A DNA stretch of 64,000 nt from Paraspadella gotoi (taxonomy: Eukaryota > Animalia > Chaetognatha). The notes beneath the pieces were generated by a model. It was given only the letters and a program-made list of their open reading frames with translations. It was not told where the DNA came from and ran no database searches. The DNA is taken from contig CM119266.1 in assembly GCA_051294375.1 (NCBI GenBank), positions 10,803,700-10,867,699 on the forward strand. Direction: 5' to 3'. Positions 42,170 to 54,619 of this stretch are shown here, piece after piece. Every line of letters begins with the position of its first letter. The first letter of the stretch is position 1. The translations under genes were made by a program, and so were the position numbers.

Positions 42170-42905
42170 TTTCTCTCTTCTCTCTCTCTTCTTCTCTCTC
42201 TCTTCTCTCTCTCTCTCTCTCTCTCCTCTCTCCTCTCTCTCTTTCTCTCTCTCTCTCTCTACTCTTTTTATTTCCTATTTCCTTTCTTTTTTTTATATTT
42301 CCCTCTCTCTTGCCAATTTCCCGCCAGCGACGAGACTTTTTTTTATTTCCGCAATTCAGCGCAACAAAAACATCCAAGAGATTGAGTTCGTCGACACCCC
42401 CCCGCCATAGCAGACAACCCCGGCCTCTCGTGGTTTCACCCCCCGCCACTCTCTTTGGCGTCGATACCACTGCGTTTCCTTAGTCGAAAACCCCGCCACC
42501 TTTGGATCGAAAACTACGCACATACGTACGAGGCTAAACTCCCTCGCCACCAGACTGCCTCTTTCGACACCCTTTGTCGTCACTCCGCAACCCTTGGTTT
42601 AAACCCTCGCCATACTCGATCGACACCCCTGGCACCCGAAACCAATCCCAGACGACCCCTCTCCTCTTCAGCTCCGTGGTAATTCTCTTTCCACCTATTG
42701 AACTCTCTTTTACACCTTTGCCCCTTCCCTTTCTCACCCCATAACACCGCCCACCACCACAATCGCCCTCCAACGACCCTCTATTCTCAAAACCCACAAA
42801 CTCATCCTTCTGCTTTATTCCCCAGGGCTCCTGGTTCGGTTGCGTTCAGGTTGAAATTACAAACACCAATCTGGATTCCGAGTTTACAAGGAAGGAAATG
42901 GAGAG

Positions 42906-42942
<37 letters not shown>

Positions 42943-45843
42943 GACGGGGAAAAGAGGAGAGAGAGAGGAGGAGAGATAGAGAGAGAGGAGAGAGAGACGA
43001 GAGAGAAGATGAGAGAGAGAGCAGAGACGGAAACGCGTTAATGAGTCGAGCGCAGGTTTGTTGCATTAGAGTAAGTTCATAACAAAACAACGTATTCGAC
43101 CTTGAAGGAAAAAAGAAGGTAAGGTGAGGTAAGCACATTTTTTCAATTTTTTTTTTCCCAGTTTAAATCTTTGTTTCTTTTTCTCCGTTTTTTTTCCCTT
43201 TTTTTTCCACAGAATTTGTTTTTCCTCTCCGTTTGAAAAAAATGTGAGGGAAGGAGGGGGTTTTTTTTCTTTTTTGGGGGGGGAGATAAGTTCGTCGTGA
43301 TTTGTCGACGCAAACTTCAGAGACGACACGCCCATGGCAACAACAACTAACAAAAAAAAAATGGGAAGAAAGTAATCAGTTTTGTTTTTCGAAAATAATC
43401 TCGTTGGTTTTTTTAACGGCAATTTCGTCTTTTATTCTCTTTTCCATGTGGGACCGGCAAAAACTACTAGGGGTTACGAAAGAAAACGATTATTGTGTGC
43501 GTACGAGTCTTTCGTTTTGCCATCTTAGTTTCGAATTTCAGTACTTCTTCGTCGATTTAAGATGTTGTAGCTCGATCGGGCGGGCGCCACGCCTTCCTTT
43601 CCGACGCCCGCCTCTCGCCTCTCTCTCGCCTCTCGCCTCTCGCCTCTGCCGCCTCTCTCACTTCGCTTCACCTGACGCCTCCTTTTCTCCCAATCCACCG
43701 ACGTCCGCCCGAAACTCACATCTTCTCCCCCCCCCCTCGCCGCAGATGGATTCGACGGGGCGATTCGCCCTCGAGCATCCTTTCCGCGAACGTCCCTTCC
43801 CACTCGATCCTCCAATCTCTCTCCGCCAGACGGCTCCAACTAAGCGCGACTACGAAATGTTTGGGCGACGAAAAAAAAAAAAAAAAATCAAAAAGCATAA
43901 CAAACTCGAGCGATTTCCTTAGCATCTCACTTTATAATTTTAACCATAGCCATACATTTTTGGCCTTCTCCTTACCCATATCTCCTCACCCCCTTACCCC
44001 CTTCCCTCTTTTCCCTTGCCCCATTTCACCATCGATCCCCCCTTCGTCTTTAAGATTAAGGATATATTTTTTCCATCGAAAACTAATCCGGGAAAAAACT
44101 TTTGAAAAAATGATGAAGAAGAAAAAAAATAAGTTAAATCAAATTAAAAAGGATTTGTTGAAAAAAAAAAAAAAAATTCGGGGTTAAATTTCCAGGAAAG
44201 ATGAGGAAAATCTTCGGGTTTCCCGCCAAAGATCGCGCGATCTCAGAGTCACGTGATCTCTCGACGTTGAGCGAAGATCTAAAAAGATCTTTTCAAGCGA
44301 TTGTGTGAATTGAGAGAATTATTAAGTAATTTAGGCAAATAAATAATAATTATCCTGATTATAGATTAGAATTTGAAAGCGGAAAACCTAAACATGCGAG
44401 GAATTTTTTTTTATTTATTTATCTTTCCAAAAGAACATTTTGAAGGCAAGATATTACTACCTACAACAAACTTCAGGTTCGACTTCCGTAGTTAAGTGCC
44501 CGATGACTCAATCGCGACGTAAAGTCTCAGGAGTCAACAGAAAACGTAAAAGAAAAAAAAGAAAGAATCAAATAAAGAAAAAAAGATAGTGGACGGAATG
44601 GGAAGACGTTGAGTACGAGAAATAAAAACTAGAAAAAGACAGAAGAGGAAAAACAATATGAACGGAGCACACAAAGAATGAAACCCAAAATCAAAAGATA
44701 AATAAGAGACAAGTAAGTGAGATAGAGAGAGAGAGAGAGGGATAAGAGAGAGTCGAGAGGAGAGAGACGAGATGAGACAATAAAAAAACTAAAAAAAAAA
44801 AAACAGAGGGAGAAGACAAATTAAAAAAAAAAAAAATAAAAGGTAAGGAAAGGACGAGAAGAAGGAAGAAAGAAGAAGAGGAGACGAGGGTTCCGCCTCG
44901 AAACCTGGTTCTAAGGCAAATGGAGGCCGGCAAAGGAGACGAGACGAGAGACGGAAAGGTCGGTGGAGGAGAAGATGGGGGGTTGAAGAGGGTGAGAAAA
45001 GGAAACGGGGGAAGTGGCCGGCCGGTAATGTGAAGAGAGCGCGAAGAAAGAAAAGGCGTTCGAAAAAGAATGATACGTAGGAACGACGGGAAAGAGGGAA
45101 GGAATCGAGAGTTGGCAAGCTTTGCTTGGTCGGGGTGAGAAGTGTGAGGAATGAATATTTAATCGGAGTGTGCAGAACGCGGCCGCTCCGTTTTATCGAC
45201 GCAGAGACAGAAACGCATGGAAGGGGAGGAGGGGGGGGCGTGGAAATCCGTAACGGGAGGAGGAATTTTTTAAAGGCGGAAAAACGCGAGATGTAACTGA
45301 TCGAGTGAGAATCGAATAATAAACCTTCCGCTCGAATCCGGGTTTCTTTACCCGATGAATATTCACCTCCCTTCCTCGTCCCCGGGACTCCTCACCAACT
45401 TTCCCCTCACCCCCCCCCAATCCATCGACCCTTACCACCCTCCGAACCTTCGCCCCGCGAGAAAAAAACCCGGCTTTTGCCTCGGCGAGCCTCGAACGCG
45501 CGCGACCTCGAGATGAGCGGAAAAGTAGTTAGAGGAGAGAGAAGAGAGAAAGGAGAGGAGAGGAGGAGAGAAAAAAAAAAAAGAAATCGGCCTCGACCCC
45601 GGATCCCTCCCGCCAGGTGGGAGAGGGAGAGAGACGAGAGATGAGAGAGAGAGGAGATGATGAGAGGATGAGAAAGAGAGAGAGCTGGCGCAAGATAGAG
45701 AGAGAGGAGTGAAAGAGAGAGGTGGATGAGAAAGAGAGAAGAGAGAGAGAGGAGAGCCCGAGCGAGGCGCTCCAAAGCGTATTCCAGATAAGCACTAGCG
45801 GCCACTTTCAAAAACTGCTCTCTCCTTTTCATTTCTTCTCTCT

Positions 45844-45880
<37 letters not shown>

Positions 45881-48065
45881 TCTCCTCTTTCCTCCTTCCG
45901 CCTTTTACGAACGCTCTCCGCTTTCCAGTTAAGCAGCTGTAGCCCCGCACCTCTCCGCCACGTATCCCTACCCCATGCGCGTTGCCACCGCCCCTCGGTC
46001 GCGCCGAAGCTTATCCATCGCGAGCGCTCTCGCGTCTGGGCTTCCGGTTTCAATCGGTTTAATGACGTCGAGCGTTCGCCGGGAGGTATGGTTTGGGGTG
46101 ATGTGGGGAGGGGGTGGGTAGAAATTTGGTTGTTAGGATGGCAGGCGGTAAGGTGTGTGCTGATGGGTGGTTATTAGGGTTGGTGAAGAGAGAGACCTGC
46201 AGTTTGGGCTTTTTTCTGCAACGACTGTTTAGCGATTGCGACGAGACGGAAAAGGGATTTATATTCGTCGGTTTATAAAATACCCGTTGGTCGGAATAAG
46301 ATTGGTGGTCGGAGGGCGGTGTTTGCTTTGTGGTTTGGGACGAACGTGCTTGGGCGGGGATGTTGGTTTGGGTCGGGGAATCATTACGTGGGAAAAGTGG
46401 AAAAGGGTGGGAGGTTGGAAGGGGTGGTGGGGGGAAGCGCGCCTTGCAACGAGGGTTCAAGAACGACGGTGGAGAATTCATTAGGCCTCGTTTGATAGAG
46501 GAAAGGAGGGGAAGGAGACAGAGAGAGAGAAGATCCGACGATGGAGGAGAGAGAGAGAGAGGAGAGAGAGAGATGAGAGAGAAAGAGAGAGAGAGAGTGA
46601 GAGAACTTTTTGAGTGTATAATAGGCCAGAACAGATGAGAGAAGACATTTACAAAAATCGTGAATAGAGGCGTCGTAGTTTAGCGTAATCTAAAAGTGAA
46701 TAAGGAAATAAAGAAACGAACATTAAGTCAAGGAAAGCGACTAGAAAAAAAAAATCTAAAAAAATCTAAATAGGATTTTCGGTTTTTTTTTTTCCGTCAC
46801 GACTCTGATTTTGGAAACGCCGCCTCCGATTTGGCTTTGCTGATTGCCGAACAACCGAAAATAAAATTTCCCTTTTTCGAATTTAATTCTTTTTTTTTTT
46901 TGGTTCGAAATTGCGGATTTGATCTCGTGGAAGGAAAAAAAATTGAATTAGGCAATTTATTTCGTTTTTTTTTTTCGTAAATTTAAAGGCAAAAATAAAA
47001 AAATATGCAGCGTTATGTTTTTAACGTGAGTCACGATACTTATAATGTAATGAACGTCGCTTGGCTGAGATCGGTGAGTTTACCTTCGCTTTAATTAAAA
47101 AAAAACCAAAGAAAACAAGAAAAATCAGAAAAAAAAGGAAAAAAAAAAAAAAAAATAAGAGACAAATAGAATCAGATGTTTTTCGACGGAGAAAATCTCG
47201 AGAAAAAGGAAAATAAATGGAGAAGATTGAAAAACCAATTTTTGTGACTTCAAAGACAAGGTTTTAGAATGGTGCTGGAAAAGCAGATGGAGAAGAGGGA
47301 GAGAAAGAAGATCTGAGAGAGAGGAGAGACGAGAAGAGAGAGAAAACGCTATACAAAACTTTTCCTGTTCATTCAAGCATACTAAAAATCTTTAGAGAGA
47401 GAGAGAGAGAGTCGAGAAAGAATGTGAACTTAGCGAAAGAAAACTCTGTTGTGAGTAAATCTGGGTAACTGCGTAAGGAAAACAAAAATTTCACAGGAAT
47501 AAAGAGAAAATTAACAGAATGATTTATAGCATAATGAAACATCAAGGAATACGTGAGCTCGAGTTTAAAAATTTCAAGTAATTTATGTTTTCGAAAGTTT
47601 TTTTTTTCGCTTAAAACAAACAAGTTTATAAAAAAACAAAATATAAAAAAAAAATGAAAAAAAATAAACTTGAAATTCCAAACAAAATTAAAAAAAACCG
47701 AAATAGTTGAATATTGAGCCTCAATTTGAGGCCACATGTCAATTAATTTAAATGAAATCAGAAATCTTATAAAAAAAACTCGACAGATGCAAAAAAAACG
47801 AGCAAGATAAACTGTATATAAAAAAAGATGTTTTGATTTCTTTCTCTTTTTCATTAAATCAAGGTAGTTTTAACAACAGGAAACAACATAACCACGAAGA
47901 AAGGGCGATTTAGTTTTAACAATGTTGTTCCGACACGAGGGAATTTTTTTTTTGTTTTCAATTCCTTTCCCTTTGTTTTAAGAGTTCTTGGCGTTTTGTT
48001 TTCGCCGGAGTGGATTGGAAACCTGCAGGGGGCTTGAAGAGGGGCGGATCGGCTTTACGATGACG

Positions 48066-48096
<31 letters not shown>

Positions 48097-48732
48097 TCTT
48101 CGACAATCAAAATAATAGCATTTCGCTTAAGGAAGCAAAAATAAAAATCTCAAGCGTTTGATTCTTTAAATTTAATTTTCTTTTTCTGTACAATTGTCGC
48201 GAAAAACTAAAGTGATGCTAAATTATTACTTTAAAAATCGTCCAAAACGTCTCGGTTGGTTAGTACAGCTAAAGCCCACGATTTAAGCGACCAAAGTACG
48301 CAAACAGCGCCCCCTTAAGAGCATGGAGCGCCCTTGCGACCGGAAAAACCGACGCTGAGACCGTTATCGTCTCGACGACGACGGACGACCTTGGCGAACG
48401 AAAAGCGAGACGAAAAAAATCATTTCGGCGGTCCAAGTTCAACGACGACGACGACTGACGGACGACGACGAGAAGGCGACGGGAAAACATTGAGAAAAGT
48501 CATGTGACAAAAACAAAAAAAAAAGATGCAATTTTCCGGACTCAGTGCTCGTCAGTTTGTGTCTTTCCGTCGTCGCCTCACTCGCCTCTCTCTCTCTCTC
48601 TTCTCTCTCTCTCTCAATTGCTTGCTGCCCACAGTGTTAGTGAGACTGATTTCACAGTAAACAGTAAAATATTTACTTGAGGTTGAACTACCTGTGTTAG
48701 AGAAAAGAGAGAAAGAGAAAAGAAAGAAAGAT

Positions 48733-48763
<31 letters not shown>

Positions 48764-48859
48764 CGAGAGAGTGTATCGCCCTGCGCCCGAATTCATTTCA
48801 TCAGTCCTCTCACAAAAACGACCCTAAATTGCCAATCAACCCGCGGACGCCGCGATCGT

Positions 48860-49229
48860 TGTCGTCGTATCGTGTCGTCCGTCATGGTCGTCGTGTCGGA
48901 GCATCTCGCACCATTTCGGATGACCGACCACTTCCCGCCTGTGGAGTCGGACTTGTTCAGTAACAATACTTACTATGTTAAAGCTATTGTGCAGATAAGG
49001 CCTAAGTGGGCTAAGATGACTAAATCCGTAACTTCTATAACCCCCTTTATTAGCCATGGAACGGCGTCCTGGGCTTGGAACCAGGCTTGTTGAGGGGTTG
49101 CCCAACGCCCCCCAAGGCGGCTTACGGCCGTCTCTTCACGCTTCCCGCAGGTAGGTTACCAGGTTGGGATTTGAACCGGTACCTTAGTGGTCATGAGCTG
49201 ATGGCTTTACTCAATGAGGCCACCTGGGT
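48860..49229 (-). mobile_element. tRNA-derived SINE-like element (degenerate tRNA head 49158-49229, unique body, degenerate GAC-rich tail)
   Basis: Minus strand reads acccaggTGGCCTCATTGAGtaaagccatcagctCATgaccactaaggtaccGGTTCAAATCCcaacctggt. It has an A-box-like motif and a B-box at tRNA spacing, an acceptor-like ccagg/cctgg pair and CAT at the anticodon position. The anticodon and T stems pair poorly, so it is not a functional tRNA. Confidence 0.6.
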
Positions 49230-50888
49230 CAGACTGAAGGTGTCATGCTTATGGCGCGGCGCTGAACCTAGGCAATGCCCGACTTACAGTATATATTTTC
49301 CGTACAATGTTTTAACAATGCTCTGTTTCTCTCTCTGATTCCGTCCAGCTTATTTTTCACTTCCTGCTTTTAAGATATTTTTTTGTGTCTCCATCGTTTT
49401 TTTTTCTTATCCGCCTCCTTCTAGTCCGCCTTCCCAGTTTCGCTTTTCCCATATTCCAATATACGTTGTATATATTATGTACCTACTTTATTTTCATATA
49501 TTTCGAATTCCATTCCCGCCTCCCTACTTCCCACTCCCAATTTTTTACATTTCCACATCGTCCGCTTCTCCAACTAGTTTCGCTTCCCCTGCTTCCGCTT
49601 CTGGGACCAAGGAACAACTGGTTTTGCTCAAGTGACGCCGTGAAGACGTTCGGGTTCGTTGGCAAGGGTGGGAGGCGGAAGAGGAAAGAGGGAAAGGAAG
49701 AGATATAGTGGGAAAGCGGGAGGAGAGAAAAAGGATAAACTCGGCAAGACGGAAGGACTTAAGTCGAGGAAGCAATTAGAGTGGATACAACGAGGCCCCG
49801 GCGATGGGGCGCGGGCGCGGACTCGCCGGGCCCCGAACGAAGGAGGCAAAAGAAGTTGAAATGAAAGGAAGGAAAAAAAAGTGAAAGAAGGAGAGAAAAA
49901 AAAATTTAAATGGAGGAAAAAGAAGGAAAAGGAAAGAAAAAAAACGAGGAAAAGAGATAACATTGACGATCTCGTTTCAGGAGGCAGAGAATTTGGCGGG
50001 CGTGGAAGGAAAAAAAAACCGAGGGGAAAACTCTAAAAAATAAACTAAAAGAAGACAGAAAGAGACAGAAAAAAAACAGAAAGAAAAAAAATATTACGAA
50101 AAAAACGTTTTCATGCCAAACGCCCAATATAATCGCGCCGGGCCGGCGTTGCAAAGACCGGGACCTCCTTTTGTCTCGATATGCAAAATGAAGTTTTAGA
50201 CGATGCCTTCTGAGAAAATGGAAGTCCAGCACTGAAAAATGCCCCCTCGACGCTCTCGCGAGTTCGAAATGAAAGGAAAAAGAAATGGCGAATGACACTC
50301 AACGCTCGGTGGTGGGGGGGGGGAGAGGGAGAAAGAGAGGAAAGAAGAAGGAGGAGGAAAGAAAAGGAAAGGAGCAGAGGGGCGAGGATGTATCACGTTG
50401 AGATCGGAATCGCCTCCAAGGCCACGCCCATTTTTTCTGTGGATTTTGCTTCTTCCTCCTAAAAATCTTGGAAGAACTTTGACGAAAAGATTACGGAAAA
50501 GTGGACCTTGTGATGGCCGACTTATCTCTGTTTGTCTGTCAGTCTCACACCCTCCCAGAAGCCAATTCGGATTCAAATTTTAGTATTTTTTTTAAAAATA
50601 ACATATAACCAACTTAATGACAAAAAGTAAAACTGGTCTAGATTATCTGAACATGAAAAGAAAAACGATTATACATATATGAGTGACAAAAACAACACCT
50701 AACAACAACAACACAACAACAACGGAAGCGAGCAACGACAACGTACTCTGCGCGACAAGCCCTTGGAATCACTGCCATTTGATTTTTCAACTTAATTTTG
50801 TTTCCTTTCATTTGCCATTTTTTTTTTTCTGTTCTGCCACCAATCGCCCAATAATTCAATCTCCACACAACTCTCTCCTCTCTCCTCT

Positions 50889-50949
<61 letters not shown>

Positions 50950-51134
50950 CTTTCTCCTCTCTTCTCTCTCTTTCTCTCTCTTTCTCTTCTCTCTCTTCTT
51001 CTCTTTCGCTTTTATGTTTTAATTCCTATCCTCTCGACTTCAAAGGTGGACGTTTTTTTGTTTTGCCTTTTGTTTTTTCTTTCATTGTCCTTTCCTGTCT
51101 GCACCTTCTTTTTCCAATTATTTCGCCCCCTACC

Positions 51135-51215
<81 letters not shown>

Positions 51216-53649
51216 CTTTCCCGCGGCGACGAGAGAGAAAAAAACCATGAAACGTCAATCCTACGTTAAGGTGCGCTGGGAATAAAAAAAAAAAGAAGGA
51301 AAAAAAAAACTCGAGTTCCGCATTTTTCCCCACAAATTCTCGTTCCTGTTATTAGTACCATTTCAGGTGACCATTAAGCGTATAGTTTCTTAACGCCAAA
51401 ACTAAGGCGAGTTCGGCATAATGCGCTCGCAGTTCTCCTCTCTCTTCTCTCTCTCTCCTCATCTCTCCTCTCTCTCTCTCTCTCTCTTCTCTCTTCTCTC
51501 TCTCTCTCACACTCTCTCTTCTCTCTCTCTCTCTCCTTCTTTCTCTCTCTTTAAAAACGACTCTCCAGCCCCGGCATTTTCCTAGAGTATTGATCCTTTT
51601 AAACTCCCTCCTTTTCCTCCTACTTATTTTTGTTTACCGCAAATACCCATAACCTCCTTTCTTTTCTTTTTACCCTTTAACCTTACCCTTCCCTTTCCTC
51701 TCCTCCATCTTCCGCCATCTTTATCTCACCCTTTCCTTTCCTCCCTTTTCCTCCTGTGGCTTATTTCTCGAGCATCGATCGCCGGCCGAAAACGAACTGC
51801 CTGTGCTTCGCCGCGGCTTTCCGGAGCGCGTCATTTTCAGGTGTCCTGGGTGCGAACTGAGTGCGAGTGAGTGCGAACCGCCGTGCCGAGCTGCCGGCGA
51901 GAAAAGTAAGACTCTTTTTTTGCCGGTTTTTTCCCGATGAGATTATTACGTTCATTTTATTACATACTTGAGATCACCAAAGTACATTTTATTGCTCATT
52001 TTAGCGGGAAATTAAATGAAGTTAGTCGGAAACAAGAATAAGAGTGCGTTGAAACTCCGACAACAAAGTTGCCTTTTTTAATGCGCGCATTTAAGGTAGC
52101 ACTTCGGAAGCTAACCGCCGAGGTTTTATTTTTTCAAAAATATGCATTGAAAATAACATGCAATGGAAAACGCGAATGGCCCATCAAGGGAAAGTTCTTC
52201 TACCCTTTTTGACAAGCGTTCAAGGCAAGCTTTCAGACAAACTTTCAAAGCTAGCCTTCAAGACAAGCTTTTTTTCGAAAAAAAAAGTCGTATCACTCCG
52301 GCCAGTTCTCTTAAGTTGACTTGTCAACTCTCCAGGGTCGGTCTGGGCAATGGGCAATTGGGCATTGAACGTCGACGCCGCGCGAGACGAATAAAACTCG
52401 TCGACCGGCGACTTCGTTCTCGGTTTATATCTTATAGCGCGAAGGAAGTTTGCCGGACCTCGTTTGCTCAACGACGACGACGACCGATAAAACGAGAAAA
52501 ATCATAATTAGTTTTATTTCGCTTTGAGGCGATGCCTTCTTCGCGAGACGACGCCGATTTTCTTGCGAAGGAATGATGGACACTTTGGAATTTTGTGATA
52601 GTGGATGCATTTTTGTGTATGACTTCTCGAATCCGCGCTCAGAATGAAAAATTCTAACTCTACGCGGCTCGGATTCGTACCAACGCTCCACCGGACTTGT
52701 GAGCTGTTTTTACTATTCCTTAATTTTCTTTCTAAACTCTCTCTCACAGATCTCTTTCTCACTTTCAATTCCATCTCCTCCGATTTTTCACCCCCTTCTC
52801 GCCCGCCTGCTACCACGGCGCGTCCCGCCATTACCACTCTCGCACATCAAAGCTCTCTCCCTTTCCTCGACCACCCAAGCGTTGTCACGAAGCTTCCACC
52901 CCGTTGTTCTATTGTTAGCGATCGTCCGGCCGAAACAGAATCAACTGAGCGACACTTAACGTGAAAATAATTTAGTATCCAGGGTCACAACCGCAGCCGG
53001 AGGCCGAAACAGAAGAGGAACAGATGAGAGTGTCTGTTTCTCTCTCTCTCTCTCTCTCTCTGACCTCTCTCTCTTCTCTCCCTCTCCTCTCTCTCTCTCT
53101 CTCTCTCTTTCTATCTGCCAAAGACAAAAAGACGAAACGAGAAATGGGAAGAAATGGCGAGAAGAGAAGCGAAATGGAGTACGAGTTCTCGACTACAGAA
53201 GAAAAATAGCAAATAAACAAAAGAATCGGAGGAGAGAGCAGCAATCCGGAAATAGAAAAAAAAAGCGCGGAGGAAGATGAAAAAAAAAGGAAAGAGAATA
53301 AAGAACGTTGAGATGGGGAGGAAAGGGAGAGAGAAACAAAAGGGAGAGAAAGTGGAGAAAGGGAGAGCTGATAATTATATGTAAAACGATAAGAGACGAA
53401 AGGAGAGAAAAAAATTATTAAAAAAAAAAGTAAAAAAAGAACTAGAGAAAAATAAAAAGGAAAAAGAGGTAAACGCGGAAAGAAGTGACGACTATAGGAG
53501 AGAAAAAAAAACATAAGAAAATGGCATAAAAAATAAAGAAAAAAAAATGGCGCCGGCATCGCGCGCAAGGCCATTTTTACAAGAGAAACGATTATACTGG
53601 CTTCATTCGCGCGCGCAAATTTTTTCACTCTTATTTTAACGAAGGGAGA

Positions 53650-53683
<34 letters not shown>

Positions 53684-54233
53684 GAAGAGAGAGAGATGAG
53701 AGACTGAATGTGAATGTACGAGGTAAGAAAGAAAAGAACTGCTGAATAAGGAATCAAGGCGAGAGTTAATGAGAAAACGAAAGAAAGAATTAGAAGCAGG
53801 AAGAAAAGAAGGGAGGGAGAAAGCGAAATAAAGGGAGAAGAAAAAAAGGGGAAGGATAAAGAACCGAAGAGTCTCGAATGGGAAAGAAAGGGAGAAAGGG
53901 AAAAAGGAAATTTGAAAAAAAAACTTTGGCCTCTCAACTTTTACGAAGAAAATAGACGCGAAAGAAAATGCTGGAAAAAGACTGAATTCTGTGTACTATT
54001 TGTTAGAAAGAAATTCGGGATTATGATCCGACGTCCCCGGCAAATCTCGACACTGTGGCCGCGCAACCCCGAGAAGCGAGTCGTTCATGCCGCGTTCTAC
54101 CCCTTTAAGACAAATAGGTATCCCCTTAATTTTTTACCCTCATAGAAATAAGGTTTTTTTAAACTCGTACATTAAATTGACTTTACTTTCGTAAACTCCA
54201 TGTTTGTACAGAAAATTGATCTTCTTTCCTTTT

Positions 54234-54333
54234 NNNNNNNNNNNNNNNNNNNNNNNNNNNNNNNNNNNNNNNNNNNNNNNNNNNNNNNNNNNNNNNNNNN
54301 NNNNNNNNNNNNNNNNNNNNNNNNNNNNNNNNN
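54234..54333. other. 100-N gap (typical unknown-size scaffold join) just upstream of the duplicated block
   Basis: Exactly 100 N. Other gaps: 3341-3365, 20311-20652, 21169-21281, 21521-21545, 25468-25771, 25890-26173, 26396-26451, 28687-28723, 28896-28920, 31514-31538, 41316-41561, 41982-42112. Confidence 0.95.
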
Positions 54334-54619
54334 GACCTTCCAGCCTTTGACCTTGATTATTCGCGGCCTCTACTCGAGCCCATTCGCTCTTTGGACTTCT
54401 GCTGGACTGCTGCTGATCTTTCTCTGGGTTCTCATGGGCTCTGGCGTCTCTCTCTCTCTCTCTGCTCGTCTCTCTCTCCTTCTCTCTCTTCTCTCTCTCT
54501 CTCTCTCTTCTCTCTCTCTTTTCTTGGCTTCAATCTCTCATTTCTCCCACGGCCCCGTAAAACGTTAGAAAAACAAAGGAAAACTTCTCCGGTAAAATGA
54601 GGTAAAAAAAAAAGAAGTG

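Noticed and set aside
49158-49229. Functional tRNA-Met gene
   Set aside because: Anticodon and T stems do not pair properly and there is no oligo-T terminator; better explained as a SINE head.
52972-53937. 321-aa ORF and the many other F/L/S- or R/E/K-rich ORFs (e.g. 26756-27523, 58739-59572, 28885-29595)
   Set aside because: They are translations of microsatellite, poly-T or poly-A tracts that lack stop codons on one strand; several span N gaps and none has a domain motif.
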